DNA from: Setoptus koraiensis
Lineage: Eukaryota > Animalia > Arthropoda
Length of the DNA: 64,000 bases
Direction: 5' to 3'
Assembly: GCA_048013815.1 (NCBI GenBank)
Contig: CM106586.1
Location: forward strand, 12,772,001 to 12,836,000
Position numbers and translations under genes: made by a program. Below the pieces are notes generated by a model. The model was given only the letters and a program-made list of their open reading frames with translations, ran no database searches and was not told where the DNA came from. Of the stretch, positions 61,237 to 64,000 are shown piece after piece; the stretch's first letter is position 1; each line of letters opens with the position of its first letter.

Positions 61237-61521
61237 GATCTTATTTCACATAGTGACCGTTCGTTAGAGCGCGCTTTGTTCAATATGCTCCTTGCACAGC
61301 GCCTCTACCTCAACGACGATTCTACCGGAAATGGAGGCTCAAACAACGGTCTTCAGCAGGCAATGCTACAAGCCGATTCGCGCGGTCCACCATTGAACAT
61401 TCAAGGATACGAGTCAATGGGGCCAAATCAGATTAGCGGCTACGATCCCGGCAAGAGATCCTACTGGAAACAGTGCGCCGTTAACGCGGTCTCATGTTTT
61501 GGACGACGTAAGCGAAGATGA
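61237..61521 (+). CDS. AstCCC: Allatostatin CCC precursor exon 2; mature peptide SYWKQCAVNAVSCF-amide at 61459-61500
   Basis: KR-SYWKQCAVNAVSCF-G-RRKRR-stop matches SYWKQCAFNAVSCFamide except F>V; precursor 159 aa. Confidence 0.95.
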   Translation, partial: DLISHSDRSLERALFNMLLAQRLYLNDDSTGNGGSNNGLQQAMLQADSRGPPLNIQGYESMGPNQISGYDPGKRSYWKQCAVNAVSCFGRRKRR

Positions 61522-61722
61522 TCAACAAAAGACTTACAGTAGATAGGTTTCTATAATTCAGAGAACCATGAAAATCAATCACCCACAACCGTTTGTAACC
61601 AAGCATCGATATAAGTAAACGAAATGCCCAGGTTGAAAACTAAAAACCGGAAGTTGAAGTGATTCGATCGTATAGAAACTTATTTAGAGTTTGACTAGCA
61701 AGAAGTCGTTCGCCACCTACCA

Positions 61723-62222
61723 NNNNNNNNNNNNNNNNNNNNNNNNNNNNNNNNNNNNNNNNNNNNNNNNNNNNNNNNNNNNNNNNNNNNNNNNNNNNNN
61801 NNNNNNNNNNNNNNNNNNNNNNNNNNNNNNNNNNNNNNNNNNNNNNNNNNNNNNNNNNNNNNNNNNNNNNNNNNNNNNNNNNNNNNNNNNNNNNNNNNNN
61901 NNNNNNNNNNNNNNNNNNNNNNNNNNNNNNNNNNNNNNNNNNNNNNNNNNNNNNNNNNNNNNNNNNNNNNNNNNNNNNNNNNNNNNNNNNNNNNNNNNNN
62001 NNNNNNNNNNNNNNNNNNNNNNNNNNNNNNNNNNNNNNNNNNNNNNNNNNNNNNNNNNNNNNNNNNNNNNNNNNNNNNNNNNNNNNNNNNNNNNNNNNNN
62101 NNNNNNNNNNNNNNNNNNNNNNNNNNNNNNNNNNNNNNNNNNNNNNNNNNNNNNNNNNNNNNNNNNNNNNNNNNNNNNNNNNNNNNNNNNNNNNNNNNNN
62201 NNNNNNNNNNNNNNNNNNNNNN
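61723..62222. other. Assembly gap (500 N)
   Basis: Run of N. Confidence 1.
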
Positions 62223-63529
62223 AAGCCCATTCACCTGATAGTTTGTGGTACCGTCATCTGGTATTATACATTGTAATGATGAAATAAAAAAGGCGAATGC
62301 GCTTGCCCGTATCGTATGTCTTACATGATTGGGGCGACACAATTGTGGATTGGATTAACTTTTCAAAAGAGGTATGTGGATCATTAGTGTGACTATAGGA
62401 TTCGGAATAAATGAGAATGTATACGGAAAAAAATTAAAAGATAAAAACAGACGAATTGTAGCCCTGTTGCAGCGATCGAGGAAACAAAAGCTGCGGTCAC
62501 TTTTCCGAGTGATCCTAGGATGGTTCGACAAAATCGTGTTCACGAGATATGCACCATTTACCACATACCATGGCTTAGCATCAAACATGTCAATAGTAAC
62601 TCATTAATAACGACAGATGTGAGCTCTATAGCTACTAAATTGATTGTCCTATCCGAGCTGGGCAAGACGAGCTATATCCAAAACGTGCACAATGATTGGC
62701 ACACCCAAATGGCGTACAAGTGGATCCTTGATATTTCAAACCTTTGGTAAATTTCTCAAATTTACTTATAGAGGAACAATATGAACCTGTTACAAATGAC
62801 AATTAATTCGGCGAATCATTAATAAAAATCTGACAGCAGAGAAATCACCAGTGATTAGAATACTACTAACATTGCGTTCCACTGGCATTTATCTAGTCAC
62901 GTTAGTGGGGATTTCAGATGGGGAATATTGCATGATCCAGCTGAGTTCCTCGCCAACTTTAGGTGCAAATGAAATAACTGAATCAGCTTTTTCAACGCAG
63001 GCCGAGACTGAATGATTTCAAAATGGAGCTTTGCGAATAAAATCGACAGCATTCTCTGATATCCTTTTCTTGGTATTGGCGATTGCGTGACTTTACGCTC
63101 TTTAGTATGCACGTATGCCACAGTGCGAGATTGTTATGAATGTGATGAATCGATCGACAAATAGAAGTCAATCCAGCAGACTGTTTCGCGCCAAGTGAAC
63201 ATCCAGTTTTTCAATGCCTAATTCGTGCCTGAAAACAAGGTTAGACGAGATTTTGCGTCAATTTAAACTAACACATTAAATTGACGCGACTGTGACGGCC
63301 CAGAAATTTGATTTGAGCGTTTCGGGCACGAAATAACGATGCGATATCCGTGACCGACATTGGTTACCTTGCATAGGGAAAGGCCGAGAGTAATTATTTG
63401 AGCAAGTTCTAATATATCTCAGACCGACTCTGATGCGCCTGGTCACGTTGCTCGATATCCAAGGCAAAGAGAAAATCTCCAATTAGTGAGTATTCTAGAC
63501 CCATCTTTGTGGAACACAATCGAAACAAA

Positions 63530-64000
63530 ATGTCAGTCATGGAAAGGAGAAAATTTTCAAATTATGGTCACCACGATACTAGACCGCCAGTCTTCTCAAA
63601 TTTGGAAGAGAAAAAAGTGAGCAATTTGAGAGATCGTATCTACTGGATTGAGCTCACATTTAAGCTCGCTGGTTCCATCAAATTAACTAACTCGTTAACA
63701 ATCAACATAGTCCAAAGAATAATAATAAGTACAATTGTCTTTTATAGCATTTCTCTAACAGTAGTGAAAAGGACAAAAAATACCATGGTCTCGTCGGGAC
63801 CTAGAGACTCGATTGATGAAGCAAAATATTACCTCGTCGTTATCCTTCCAAACTTTTTTAGTATTATAGTTTACTTGGCGACATTTGTTCCGGGGGTCTT
63901 GAATTATCACTATTTTGAATTGATTTTAAACAAGAGTGAGACTGACGGGGGAAATTGTAACAAACGAAAACCTCAGATGAATAGTTCAGATAGAATAAGT
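63530..64000 (+). CDS. Multi-pass membrane protein, 5' partial view (157 codons, open to window end); possibly gustatory-receptor-like
   Basis: Hand translation from CAAAATG: MSVMERRKF...IIISTIVFYSISLTVV...YYLVVILPNFFSIIVYLATFVPGVL...; no stop before 64000, so absent from the ORF track. Confidence 0.6.
   Translation, partial: MSVMERRKFSNYGHHDTRPPVFSNLEEKKVSNLRDRIYWIELTFKLAGSIKLTNSLTINIVQRIIISTIVFYSISLTVVKRTKNTMVSSGPRDSIDEAKYYLVVILPNFFSIIVYLATFVPGVLNYHYFELILNKSETDGGNCNKRKPQMNSSDRIS

Overview
Eukaryotic (arthropod) genomic DNA with two 500-N assembly gaps and many microsatellites and minisatellites. It is most consistent with a mite; an eriophyoid-type acariform mite is inferred from intron-poor genes and an orphan secreted protein, but not proven. 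Host genes: (1) an intronless full-length ABCB/P-glycoprotein on the minus strand; (2) a 5-exon secreted heme peroxidase of the Curly Su/chorion-peroxidase type with a ~450-aa low-complexity N-terminal extension; (3) an orphan signal-peptide protein running into a gap; (4) two allatostatin-C-family neuropeptide genes in the same orientation, AstC (an unusually large ~600-aa precursor) and AstCCC (with an F>V change in the ring); (5) a multi-TM ORF running off the window end that is missing from the ORF track. Mobile DNA: (a) a 6.7-kb Ty3/gypsy element with one uninterrupted 2077-aa gag-pro-RT-RNaseH-IN-env ORF, inserted in a (CA)n tract, whose 153-bp LTRs differ ~8% and include a compensatory base-pair swap; (b) an LTR-like unit containing a complete tRNA-like Pol III cassette; (c) a decayed pogo/Tigger transposon with a nested MITE; (d) further MITE-like palindromes, one just upstream of the ABCB start. 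Bases 1-12 kb and 47-60 kb look mostly non-coding and are rich in bZIP palindromes. All calls come from reading the sequence; no database searches were run.
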